A stretch of 64,000 bases of DNA from a virus (IMGVR_UViG_3300004241_000001:32001-96000), one strand, 5' to 3'; positions 22,101 through 29,353 are shown, numbered from the stretch's first letter. Notes: generated by a model not told the origin, from the letters alone. Numbers and translations are program-made.

Positions 22101-22615
22101 AGAACTTTAGACCTACTGGAGTTTCATTTAAACTTTCAAATTACGTTGATTTCAATTATGTTCTTTCGACTGATGAAATAGCTCAGATATATAACTCAGG
22201 ACTTGAAGGGAAGCCAATTGCAATATCAGGTGCTGAAACCATAATACCAGTAGGTCAGTCATTACACGATACAAATTTCATTACATTCGCATCTGGTTGG
22301 GGTATTTCAACTACATATCCGAATAAGCCTACAATATCAAAAACAGCTAATGTAGCTTTAATGAGAGGTATTCTTGAATATACAGGAGCAGTCAATACTG
22401 ACGTAACTATATTTACATTACCTGCCGGAAGTAGACCATCTTTACCAGATACTTATTATCATTCGTTTGTTGGCACAGCAAGAGACTCAGGTGCGCCGGC
22501 AATGAGAATATTACGAGTTTACGGTAATGGAGATGTTGTACTAATGGCACAGGGCGCTACGATAGTTAATCCGGCGTTATCACTTGACAATATCAATTTC
22601 GTTAATGGAAAATAA
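19193..22615 (+). CDS. Fibre / receptor-binding protein with a tandemly duplicated carbohydrate-binding plus LamG module
   Basis: Two copies of GxAxEESRTNL...PQxEAGxFxTSxIATGA...LamG...DEIAQIYNSGLEGKPI; C-terminal IFTLPAGSRP fibre-tip domain. Confidence 0.8.
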   Translation: MTINFPDSIDTTATLLNPFNKHKWTSRLKTLIAEAETILTLTDLSDIPADVANNYIGIDDEIMFVVSIDNTGSDKKITVTRGQGNSTAAPHSAGVEVLQVYTAEYHKKLVEAVIAIETYAKSGGIVITNLTQITTRKHNDLQEINTDINYQHLTTTEKSDITLKSGSITQITTRNHNDLQNLNATSAHPSASIDNTATSYGRGLATTDNTVQKIADRVNQNGTPAFKTDKSKCSLMLPFKDGLTDNTNAITPIGYNTAVKRATDNFISNPEASISATLKQFEGDESKFGSGIAVEESRTNLLLQSDDLTNAAWTKTNCTVTLDRVLPDGRKLFKVISTGANSYISQSITFSATSYNTSMFIINQSGKAIVVGEGVANLIINENNISKLTKIDGTAILTSGTRNLTIEIGSATAGDTFYITSPQLEAGAFPTSYIATGATAVTRPTGKLSYNSSILNGKTDFTLSFLAKPNFNYDSATSKTFLYAANADDSKFWDIEYYSPTDKFNAYMGSVTNVISTSAYTNNTDLQSWKHFVIKQSGVNSYFYVNNTLIGTRTDAEAVDITKFQLGYFDGTTANSNISNFAIFNYALTTDEIAQIYNSGLEGKPIELSNDKTVAEADRLSPNINAGSNKAQFITDKSKCVMLHDFKGTLTDKSAGIRAIGSESVNKWTDNFVNIATSKSIATNLSATFCQFDGDEAKFGSGVALEESRTNLALQSVDLSHATWTKSKCTVTLDKVLPDGRTLYKLTATDTGYAVITQSIAFSAVTHNCSCFILNTSGKKFYFDDTSIVVIGDMTAYPKLTRVNGQSSVAASTRNITIGLENAAIGDVLYFTSPQVEAGTFMTSWIATGATTVTRPVGMLNYAPRINKVGSFSAWMKHSVLPDNSQMMPAGFYTASDTLADSFLIFGSNGAGWGFYNGGGTGTTFSYILPVNEWYNIIMTWDGSTISLYINKELVATAAQGPNFDKLVKQNFRPTGVSFKLSNYVDFNYVLSTDEIAQIYNSGLEGKPIAISGAETIIPVGQSLHDTNFITFASGWGISTTYPNKPTISKTANVALMRGILEYTGAVNTDVTIFTLPAGSRPSLPDTYYHSFVGTARDSGAPAMRILRVYGNGDVVLMAQGATIVNPALSLDNINFVNGK
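19868..22220 (+). repeat. Intragenic tandem duplication of ~1.15-kb modules (~19868-21011 and ~21088-22220)
   Basis: Protein-level similarity; the 49-bp module ends 20963-21011 and 22172-22220 differ at only 4 synonymous positions. Confidence 0.85.
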
Positions 22616-22656
22616 TAATAAAAGGCGGTTAATATCCGCCCGAACGGGCTTTTATA

Positions 22657-23121
22657 ATGATTAACAAAATTTTAAGACTTATTATAAATTCATTCTGGAA
22701 TTTAATATATCCAGAATTATCAAATAAAGAAGTAGAAGAAATATATTCTCTTTGTAAAAATCCATTTCAATTTGAAGTTTATTTATGTTCGTATGGATTT
22801 AAATGGGCCTCTGATGGACTTAACTTTAGCGTTTTGACTGACTCATTTGAAAGACCATCTCAAACTCTATCAAGAAAATGGGCAAATTGCTCTGGATTTT
22901 TAAGTCTATATTCAGTTTTATTTGATAGACTTGGAATAAAACACAAAGAAGTTTTATTATTGCACTCGGATGACAACCAATGGCATTATATTAATATATT
23001 TCAATATGAAGGTAAGTTTTATCAGCAATCTAACATCACCTTGACAGAAGTGACAAATTTTGGTAAACTGTGGCAAGAATGGAAAGATAAAGGATATTCA
23101 AAACGGATGGTGGATCTTTAA
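22657..23121 (+). CDS. Transglutaminase-like / papain-fold Cys-His-Asn protein
   Basis: WANCSGF (Cys), QWHYINIF (His), YQQSN (Asn) spacing. Confidence 0.55.
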   Translation: MINKILRLIINSFWNLIYPELSNKEVEEIYSLCKNPFQFEVYLCSYGFKWASDGLNFSVLTDSFERPSQTLSRKWANCSGFLSLYSVLFDRLGIKHKEVLLLHSDDNQWHYINIFQYEGKFYQQSNITLTEVTNFGKLWQEWKDKGYSKRMVDL

Positions 23122-23492
23122 TGTTTAAAAAAATAATTACAATCTATAATTTTATATCAAAATATTTTATGTGGATCTTTGCATTAATATTTGGAATTCT
23201 AAAAGTTGCAAAGCCATTTATAACTCAAAAGAAAACAGTAGATTTAATGAATTCAAAGCCAGAAAGTAGAAAGGGAGATATTGGTGTCGCAGACAATAAC
23301 GGACTTAAACAAGTTGAAGCAATTCCTTCAAACGCACCCAAGTCCAATGAAATTCCTGTGGGAACTATTCCAGAATCAAAAACAACCATATCTGGAGAAG
23401 GAACGCTTAAGCCGATCAATAATGGAAATCAACCAGGAGAAAGATCAACTGAAGACGTATTAAAAGATTTATCAGAAATCTTAAATAAATAA
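23121..23492 (+). CDS. Membrane-anchored protein with a disordered soluble tail (spanin-like candidate)
   Basis: N-terminal hydrophobic helix FMWIFALIFGIL; Pro/Gly/Asn-rich tail; located in the lysis region. Confidence 0.45.
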   Translation: MFKKIITIYNFISKYFMWIFALIFGILKVAKPFITQKKTVDLMNSKPESRKGDIGVADNNGLKQVEAIPSNAPKSNEIPVGTIPESKTTISGEGTLKPINNGNQPGERSTEDVLKDLSEILNK

Positions 23493-23507
23493 TTAAAGGA
23501 TGGTTAT

Positions 23508-24173
23508 TTGAAAATGAAACTAAGACTTAAAACAAAAGAAATTATCTTCGCTATTTTATTTGTAGTAATTTTAACAGGATGTATGTTCCTGTATAAAAAT
23601 TATGCAAAAGCATCAGAACTTGGTCATGTCGATTCAGTTGTAATTAAATCAAATGATGTGAAAGTTCCAAAAACTCTTATGTCAGAAATCAAACAAAAAC
23701 TTAAAAAACTTAATCGTATTGAAAAATCCGAACCAAATATCAAACTTGGTGAAATTAAAGTATTTACTGATAAAGATGGTAGAATATTTATTAATGATAC
23801 AACTTCTATATCTTTAAAACTTGCAGATATTGAATACGCCGGTGAACTTAAATTAAATGCAAAAACAGAAGTTTATCGCGTTCCAGAAAAAGAATTGCAA
23901 TGGTATAATAATTTTGGTTGGGAATATGGTATGATCCAAAAAGATAAAGATTCTTCAAAATTTGAAAAAGGCCAGTTTTATTTAACTTATGATACTCCTC
24001 TTGCATACAAAAGAGTTGGAACTTTACTTGAATTAAATAGATTTAATTATGGTGCTGGTATATTTTATAAAATTGGAAATACAAAATTAATTGGATCAGC
24101 TATTTTTAAATATGGCGATAGAATAAATAAAGAAAATGCAATGTATATGCTTGGCATTGGATATAATTTCTAA
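23508..24173 (+). CDS. Putative lipoprotein with a C-terminal outer-membrane beta-strand domain
   Basis: Signal peptide ending in lipobox LTG-C; amphipathic strands ending YMLGIGYNF. Confidence 0.5.
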   Translation: MKMKLRLKTKEIIFAILFVVILTGCMFLYKNYAKASELGHVDSVVIKSNDVKVPKTLMSEIKQKLKKLNRIEKSEPNIKLGEIKVFTDKDGRIFINDTTSISLKLADIEYAGELKLNAKTEVYRVPEKELQWYNNFGWEYGMIQKDKDSSKFEKGQFYLTYDTPLAYKRVGTLLELNRFNYGAGIFYKIGNTKLIGSAIFKYGDRINKENAMYMLGIGYNF

Positions 24174-24255
24174 AAGTATCTACTAAATGTAGATATAATC
24201 GAATCCCGGACTTACTTTATAGTTTGTTCGGGATTCGCCTTTGAAAGGCGGTTTT

Positions 24256-24375
24256 ATGTTGTTGACAGAATGGTTAATTTCTGATATTATTCTTTACGAA
24301 AACAATTCTATTCCTGACACATTAGAAATATTAGATAGAGAAATTCAATCCTTACTGAAGGAGGAAGCAAAATGA
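24256..24375 (+). CDS. Small acidic ORF (39 aa) coupled to the holin gene
   Basis: MLLTEWLISDIILYENNSIPDTLEILDREIQSLLKEEAK*; GAAAGGCGG SD; ATGA overlap with the holin start. Confidence 0.45.
   Translation: MLLTEWLISDIILYENNSIPDTLEILDREIQSLLKEEAK
24262..24290 (+). promoter_or_regulatory. Sigma70-type promoter (extended -10) upstream of holin and endolysin
   Basis: TTGACA, 17 bp spacer, TGaTATTAT. Confidence 0.5.
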
Positions 24376-24692
24376 AAAATTTTTTAATCAACTTTATTTA
24401 TAATAGAGAAGAAAATCGTGTTCGTGGAACGTTTATCCAGTTAGCGAAACTGCTATTTTTATATGCAACATTTATTTATATCCTATTAATGATATTCTTT
24501 GAAATAAAAACTGGAAAAGAAACATTATCAAGTCTTGCCACATTCATACTTGGATTGATAGGAGTTATATCAGCAGAACAAGCGTATGGGTATAAACTAT
24601 ATTCTGACCAAAAGAAATCAGAGAATGAAGTATCTCAATTAATTGATAAAGCAATGGAAATCAAAAAAGTTGGTGAAGAAAAAAATGCGTAG
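24372..24692 (+). CDS. Holin (two TM helices, charged C-terminus)
   Basis: AAGGAGG SD; two hydrophobic helices; overlaps the endolysin start. Confidence 0.65.
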   Translation: MKNFLINFIYNREENRVRGTFIQLAKLLFLYATFIYILLMIFFEIKTGKETLSSLATFILGLIGVISAEQAYGYKLYSDQKKSENEVSQLIDKAMEIKKVGEEKNA

Positions 24693-25440
24693 TTCGACAT
24701 TTAATAAAATCATAGATTATACTCTCGAAAAAGAAGATTTTAATTTTAGAAAAAGAATACAGATAGAAAGAGATCCTGATGATGCTGGTGGCACTACAGT
24801 TCTTGGACTTGATAAAGCATCACATGGCAAAACGGTCGATAGGTTAATCGAACTTGTTGAATCTGGTCGTAATAATGAAGCAATAGAAATAGCTAAAGAT
24901 GTTTATGATTTATTTTATTACTCAAAGCATAAAGACAAAAACAATCTTGCTTTATTTGACAAGATACTTGATATAAAGACTGTTTCAAAGACCTTTGATT
25001 TGTGTGTTAATACAGGCAATGGACAGGCCGCTAAATTCGTTCGCCGTGGATTAAATCATCTTGGGGCAAAACTTCCAGTTAATTCATCGTTTGATGATGA
25101 CGTTATATCAAACATAAATAAATATTCAACCGATGATTTTTGTAAATCTATTTTTTCTCAAACTAAATTGTTTGCTAAAATTATCGAAAAATTTCTTGAA
25201 ATGGCAATGGATATATCTTCATTTAATGTTATGGAGCTTCTTAGAGATGGATCCGACTTACTTAAGATATTTGAAGAGTTTAAACCGATCGCAATGATTG
25301 ATGATGATGTTCTTATGTCAACAATTCAGGAAGCAAAAGAATTCTACATTGAGATATCCAAAAAAAGGAATAACAAAAAATATCTCAAAGGTTGGCTTAA
25401 TAGAGTTTATGATATAATTGAATACAAGGAAATGAAGTAG
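24685..25440 (+). CDS. Endolysin, glycoside hydrolase family 108 with PG_binding_3-type C-terminus
   Basis: RDPDDAGGTTVLGL, FDLCVNTG and KYLKGWLNRV motifs; likely start ATG 24685 (MRSSTF). Confidence 0.85.
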   Translation: MRSSTFNKIIDYTLEKEDFNFRKRIQIERDPDDAGGTTVLGLDKASHGKTVDRLIELVESGRNNEAIEIAKDVYDLFYYSKHKDKNNLALFDKILDIKTVSKTFDLCVNTGNGQAAKFVRRGLNHLGAKLPVNSSFDDDVISNINKYSTDDFCKSIFSQTKLFAKIIEKFLEMAMDISSFNVMELLRDGSDLLKIFEEFKPIAMIDDDVLMSTIQEAKEFYIEISKKRNNKKYLKGWLNRVYDIIEYKEMK

Positions 25441-25441
25441 C

Positions 25442-25648
25442 ATGGCAACTTTTGATTTTGTAAAATTGCATAACCAATGGAAAATTCATTTAATGCAGAA
25501 AAATCTTTCCGAATGGAATGAAAACGATAAGCAAATTGCACAAATAATTGGTTTTGTTAAAAAAGATCCAGAGGAAATAATAAAATCTGCAAAAAAAGAA
25601 AATAGGTATGAAATAGAGCAACGCCTTGACAAAAATAAATGGCGGTGA
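25442..25648 (+). CDS. Hypothetical protein
   Basis: 68-aa ORF abutting the endolysin gene. Confidence 0.5.
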   Translation: MATFDFVKLHNQWKIHLMQKNLSEWNENDKQIAQIIGFVKKDPEEIIKSAKKENRYEIEQRLDKNKWR

Positions 25649-25654
25649 TAAAAT
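25626..25654 (+). promoter_or_regulatory. Sigma70-type promoter upstream of the tRNA
   Basis: TTGACA, 17 bp spacer, TGaTAAAAT. Confidence 0.6.
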
Positions 25655-25724
25655 ATGGAAAGTCTTTTCAAAATAATATATAATTTATTATTTGTAGATT
25701 ACAACAACTATTATAATCTCTAAT

Positions 25725-25795
25725 TGACTGGTAGTTCAACGGTAGAACATCGGACTTTGAATCCGGTAGTAATGGTTCGAGTCCATTCCGGTCAG
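25725..25795 (+). tRNA. tRNA-Gln (anticodon UUG), CCA not encoded
   Basis: Acceptor stem TGACTGG/CCGGTCA with G discriminator; D-arm GTTC/GAAC; anticodon arm TCGGA-CTTTGAA-TCCGG; T-arm AATGG-TTCGAGT-CCATT. Confidence 0.93.
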
Positions 25796-25822
25796 TAAAA
25801 TAAAAATAAGGATGGTTTAAAA

Positions 25823-26068
25823 ATGGATAAAGTATTTTCAAAATGTCCTATATGTAAAAAAGAAAGCACCCCTGAGTATCATACGAATCAAAGTAATTTT
25901 TGCCAGGTTAATTTCTCATTTGGCGGCAATATAAATATTCCTTATTATGGCGCTAACTTTAAAATATGCACTGACTGTGCTACCTTAGCGTCAACCGAGG
26001 ACAATGGCGTTATTGCTAAAGTAAAAGAAATGCTTGACCCAATAGTGGTCGCAGATAAGGCAATGTAG
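25823..26068 (+). CDS. Small Zn-ribbon protein
   Basis: CPIC...CTDC. Confidence 0.55.
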   Translation: MDKVFSKCPICKKESTPEYHTNQSNFCQVNFSFGGNINIPYYGANFKICTDCATLASTEDNGVIAKVKEMLDPIVVADKAM

Positions 26069-26075
26069 GTGAAGT

Positions 26076-26369
26076 ATGGAAGAAAAAAAAGATGTTAAAG
26101 TTATCGATACTTTTATTGAAAAAGTAAAAGAATCATGTCAAGATGCGTCAGGGTTTATTTGTATTGCCTTTAAGGATGTTACGCTTCAAGACGGGAAAAA
26201 AGGAATTGTATCAATAAACTCAGAACCTATTGCTGTTGGTGCAGTAAACATCTATTACGCATCTCAAAAATTAATGAATATCAGAAAACGCGCAGACGAA
26301 ATAAAAGCAAGACAAAATATTCTCTCGTCCTGTGCTTCTGAAAAAGAAGCAGAGGAATTATTGGCATAA
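26076..26369 (+). CDS. Hypothetical protein
   Basis: 97-aa ORF with AGGTG SD. Confidence 0.55.
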   Translation: MEEKKDVKVIDTFIEKVKESCQDASGFICIAFKDVTLQDGKKGIVSINSEPIAVGAVNIYYASQKLMNIRKRADEIKARQNILSSCASEKEAEELLA

Positions 26370-26406
26370 CTCACAGTTACTCATTCATTGACTTACTCCT
26401 TAATTT

Positions 26407-26440
26407 ACCGCAGTGCTAAAAGCATTGCGGTTTTTTATTT
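26407..26440 (+). terminator. Intrinsic terminator
   Basis: ACCGCAGTGCT-AAA-AGCATTGCGGT followed by TTTTTATTT. Confidence 0.85.
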
Positions 26441-26467
26441 GACAAATATTAAATATTGAATTAAAAT
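26439..26467 (+). promoter_or_regulatory. Sigma70-type promoter of the REC cassette
   Basis: TTGACA, 17 bp spacer, TAAAAT, overlapping the terminator U-tract. Confidence 0.65.
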
Positions 26468-26494
26468 TTATATTAAGAAAGGGAAGGATAGGAT

Positions 26495-26887
26495 GTGGAA
26501 ACCTTGGAAACAACAGTAGCAACTGGCTTGCTGAATAAAGCAGCAGAGACTAATGGTTTTGGCTATGGACTTGTTGGAATAATTCTTATCGTTCTCTTAG
26601 GCTTTGGATGTGTAATTGCTATTAAATTTGTTAATGCTCACTTTGAACATATAAAAGAACTAAGAGAGAATAATGCCCAACAATCAGAGGTTACTCAAGA
26701 ATTTTCAAAACAAATTAGTAATCTTGCAGCGACGATTCAGGTTGTAACGCAAGCATTAAATGAAAATAAATCTTCTACCTCACAATCTTTGGCAGAGGTT
26801 AAAAACCAACTTACTTCTATATCAAATGTAACAATAGAGGTAAAATCTGCTATTGGCTTTTGCGTAGGAAGAAGAGATAGTAAATAA
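26495..26887 (+). CDS. Single-pass membrane protein with a coiled coil (holin-like)
   Basis: TM helix GLVGIILIVLLGFGCVIAI followed by a heptad helix. Confidence 0.55.
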   Translation: METLETTVATGLLNKAAETNGFGYGLVGIILIVLLGFGCVIAIKFVNAHFEHIKELRENNAQQSEVTQEFSKQISNLAATIQVVTQALNENKSSTSQSLAEVKNQLTSISNVTIEVKSAIGFCVGRRDSK

Positions 26888-26900
26888 AAGAGGCGTAAAA

Positions 26901-27575
26901 ATGTTAGAGTTTTCAAATGAAATATTTTCTAAAAATACTTTATATTTATCCATAGCATCCCTATCCGCTATATGCTTTTTTATAATATGTGTTGTAATAT
27001 TTTATTTAATTAAAGATAGATTTAGTAGAGGATATAATAAATCCATAGATACAATTGAGAACATAAAAAAGATCAAAAGGCATATCGAGCAAATGTCTAA
27101 TATTACAGATATGATTCTTCATCATGCAATGGATTTTATCGAAGATGGAGATAGTGTTGTTTTATCTGTTGAGGACGTTAAAGAAAATTTCGACCATATG
27201 AAAACAATAATCGAAATTCAATTTAAACAAAGATTTGGTCATGATCGTCTTCCATTTAAATTCTTATGGTGCAGTAGTTCAGCTCAAGCAAATAAACTTA
27301 TTCCAGAGATAACAAAAAGAGGAGCATTTTTGAAAGCTGCAATATGTGATATGGATTTAGGAAGCACAGGTGGCGATATAAATGACGTTATAAAAGAACT
27401 TGCCTCTCGTAGCGTTCCAACAATAATCTACACCGGATATGAAAAGAATGAATTTGAAAAGAAGATATTGCCAGAACTTAAAGCAAAAGTAATTTATCAA
27501 TACAAAGGATATAACAAAGAGATGGCAGAAATTCTTGAGCATCTTGTTGAGGGCAAGCTAGAAATAGTAAAATAA
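26901..27575 (+). CDS. Membrane-anchored response-regulator receiver (REC) domain protein
   Basis: N-terminal TM helix and coiled coil, then VVLSVED (acidic pocket), AAICDMDL (phospho-Asp), IIYTG (Thr), YQYKG (Lys). Confidence 0.75.
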   Translation: MLEFSNEIFSKNTLYLSIASLSAICFFIICVVIFYLIKDRFSRGYNKSIDTIENIKKIKRHIEQMSNITDMILHHAMDFIEDGDSVVLSVEDVKENFDHMKTIIEIQFKQRFGHDRLPFKFLWCSSSAQANKLIPEITKRGAFLKAAICDMDLGSTGGDINDVIKELASRSVPTIIYTGYEKNEFEKKILPELKAKVIYQYKGYNKEMAEILEHLVEGKLEIVK

Positions 27576-27581
27576 AAAGTA

Positions 27582-28088
27582 ATGGAGATGGTTCTTTTGG
27601 AGACAAAAACTTATATACCAGAATTCGTAGAATGTTTAGAATGCAATCGTAGTTTTGACTTGAAAAATTCATCATTATGGGGAAATGAAGATAGAGTTTG
27701 CAGATGTTGTCAGTGTAAGGTCGATAATAAAATACAAACTTGTAAAAGAGTATCTTGCAACTTTCATAGCAAGCTACAGGATGATTTTATTATTGACATT
27801 GATGAAAATGACGTTCGTGACATTAAACCTATCTCAAACCGTCAGGAAATGATTTTTAATCCAGAAATTTGTTGTTCTATATGCAGACAAGAAATACCAA
27901 AAGATTATCTTTATAACTTTTTAAATATCAAACATTCCTTTAATGGAATTACAAAAAGAATAAAAGTAAAAGTTTGCCAGGAATGCTTCGAAGAATTTGA
28001 AGAAATGCTAAACTTAAATAAGGTGGAAATCTATGATAGTTCAGAAGAAATGCTCGCATTGCCAGAGGAGGGAGAAAGAGCCGCTTGA
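27582..28088 (+). CDS. Cys-rich multi-Zn-finger protein
   Basis: CLEC, CRCCQC, CKRVSC, CSIC, CQEC. Confidence 0.6.
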   Translation: MEMVLLETKTYIPEFVECLECNRSFDLKNSSLWGNEDRVCRCCQCKVDNKIQTCKRVSCNFHSKLQDDFIIDIDENDVRDIKPISNRQEMIFNPEICCSICRQEIPKDYLYNFLNIKHSFNGITKRIKVKVCQECFEEFEEMLNLNKVEIYDSSEEMLALPEEGERAA

Positions 28089-28245
28089 GGATTCTTCATA
28101 TCACATGATAAATCTTGTCGCAATGAATGAAAAAGACGAGAGTTATACATGTAGATTTGAGCTGTGCAATCATTGTATGAGCAATTTTGTATTAATTTTT
28201 TCTGACTTTTCAAACGATGAATCGATATTTGACCTAATGAAATAA
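28033..28245 (+). CDS. Small Zn-ribbon protein
   Basis: CSHC...CNHC; AAGGTGG SD; resembles the C-terminal finger of the upstream ORF. Confidence 0.5.
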   Translation: MIVQKKCSHCQRREKEPLEDSSYHMINLVAMNEKDESYTCRFELCNHCMSNFVLIFSDFSNDESIFDLMK

Positions 28246-28280
28246 AAGAAAGACGGGTTTATAGCCCGTCTTTTTATTTT
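28244..28280. terminator. Bidirectional intrinsic terminator where the two gene arms converge
   Basis: AAAAGAAAGACGGGTT-TAT-AGCCCGTCTTTTTATTTT. Confidence 0.85.
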
Positions 28281-28284
28281 GCAA

Positions 28285-28356
28285 TTATTTTTTCTTTGCA
28301 ACTTTCTTTACCGCTTTTTTGGCTTCTGCGGCCTTTACTGCTGGTTTTTTGCCCAC
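28285..28356 (-). CDS. 23-aa Lys/Ala-rich histone-H1-like peptide (not in the ORF track)
   Basis: GGAGGTG SD 7 nt before GTG; MGKKPAVKAAEAKKAVKKVAKKK*. Confidence 0.65.
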   Translation of the reverse strand: MGKKPAVKAAEAKKAVKKVAKKK

Positions 28357-28362
28357 TTAGAA

Positions 28363-28560
28363 TCACCTCCGAATTCGAACTTTACTTATATCTGCGTTAA
28401 AAATTACATTTACCATTTGGTTTACTTTATCGACTGTATCTTCAAAATCTTCTCCGATGAATTCTTTGTTATATAAGGTTAGATGTTTGTCATCGCATTT
28501 AAAGCATAAACTATTGTAGTTATAGTGAGGCATTCCACATAAAAGACATTCTTTAAACAT
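28363..28560 (-). CDS. Small Zn-finger protein
   Basis: CLLC...CFKC; GGAGG SD. Confidence 0.6.
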   Translation of the reverse strand: MFKECLLCGMPHYNYNSLCFKCDDKHLTLYNKEFIGEDFEDTVDKVNQMVNVIFNADISKVRIRR

Positions 28561-28589
28561 GAATTTCCTCCAAAGAATTAGGCTAAGAA

Positions 28590-28618
28590 ATCATATCATT
28601 ATTTAGATTATTTGTCAA
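28590..28618 (-). promoter_or_regulatory. Sigma70-type promoter
   Basis: TTGACA, 17 bp spacer, TGaTATGAT on the - strand. Confidence 0.55.
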
Positions 28619-28896
28619 ATATTTGAGATTTTTATATTGTTTCTATCTAATTCTATAAGTAGTATTCTTATAATATTTTCTACCGACAATGATTTTATTG
28701 AATCCCTTGCAAAGCTTAAAATTATTTCTTTTTTCGGTCGTTCGATACTATAGCTCATGCTATCAAATAATGTAGCCCCTCTATCATAAATTCTAAATTC
28801 TGCTATGTCTCCATTAGTGCATAAATATCTTCCGTCACATAGTTGTTTTAAAATACTATTAAATTCATAAATTGTTATTATCATTTGTTCATCCAT
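28615..28896 (-). CDS. Hypothetical protein
   Basis: 93-aa ORF with AAGGAG SD. Confidence 0.55.
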   Translation of the reverse strand: MDEQMIITIYEFNSILKQLCDGRYLCTNGDIAEFRIYDRGATLFDSMSYSIERPKKEIILSFARDSIKSLSVENIIRILLIELDRNNIKISNI

Positions 28897-28907
28897 TTTT
28901 ATCTCCT

Positions 28908-29333
28908 TTAAAGATCCTTATTTATATCGCATACATAAACGTTATCTTTATATATTAAATCAGGGCAAAAAGAATTACTAGGTGGCATGTAATATTCTGG
29001 AATATCTTCAAGGTTTATTTCATAGGCTTCAAATGATTCTTTGCTAGAACAAATATTTACAATATATATCGTTTTAGTTGTTTTTAATATATCTAAATAT
29101 GATATTTTTTTATCAAAAAAGTCTTTTAATATTTTTTCATCGATTACCATTTCAATAAATTGATCTGTGTCATTTTTATCATCGCTATCTATTAGATACG
29201 ACAATAGAAGCTTATCGTCAGACGTATATCCATAATGAGATATCGGAAATTCTCCATAATGAACTATTCGTGATGGCGGCTTCATTTCTGAATACTTATT
29301 TTCTATTAACTTTTTGTCTTTTGTGTTTATCAT
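28908..29333 (-). CDS. DUF6575-like protein, tandem paralog 2
   Basis: HYGEFPI...ISYLDIL...DIPEYYMPPSNSFCP; likely start ATG 29333 after AAGGAG. Confidence 0.55.
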   Translation of the reverse strand: MINTKDKKLIENKYSEMKPPSRIVHYGEFPISHYGYTSDDKLLLSYLIDSDDKNDTDQFIEMVIDEKILKDFFDKKISYLDILKTTKTIYIVNICSSKESFEAYEINLEDIPEYYMPPSNSFCPDLIYKDNVYVCDINKDL

Positions 29334-29353
29334 ACTATTCTCCTTAAAATATT

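Noticed and set aside
20963-22220. Near-identical repeats in the fibre gene as a DGR template/variable repeat pair
   Set aside because: The four differences are synonymous third-position changes, not adenine-specific; both copies are coding, and no reverse transcriptase is in the window
25641-25650. GGCGGTGATA matches a lambda operator half-site inside a promoter
   Set aside because: Single half-site with no symmetric partner and no CI-like gene in the window; likely coincidence
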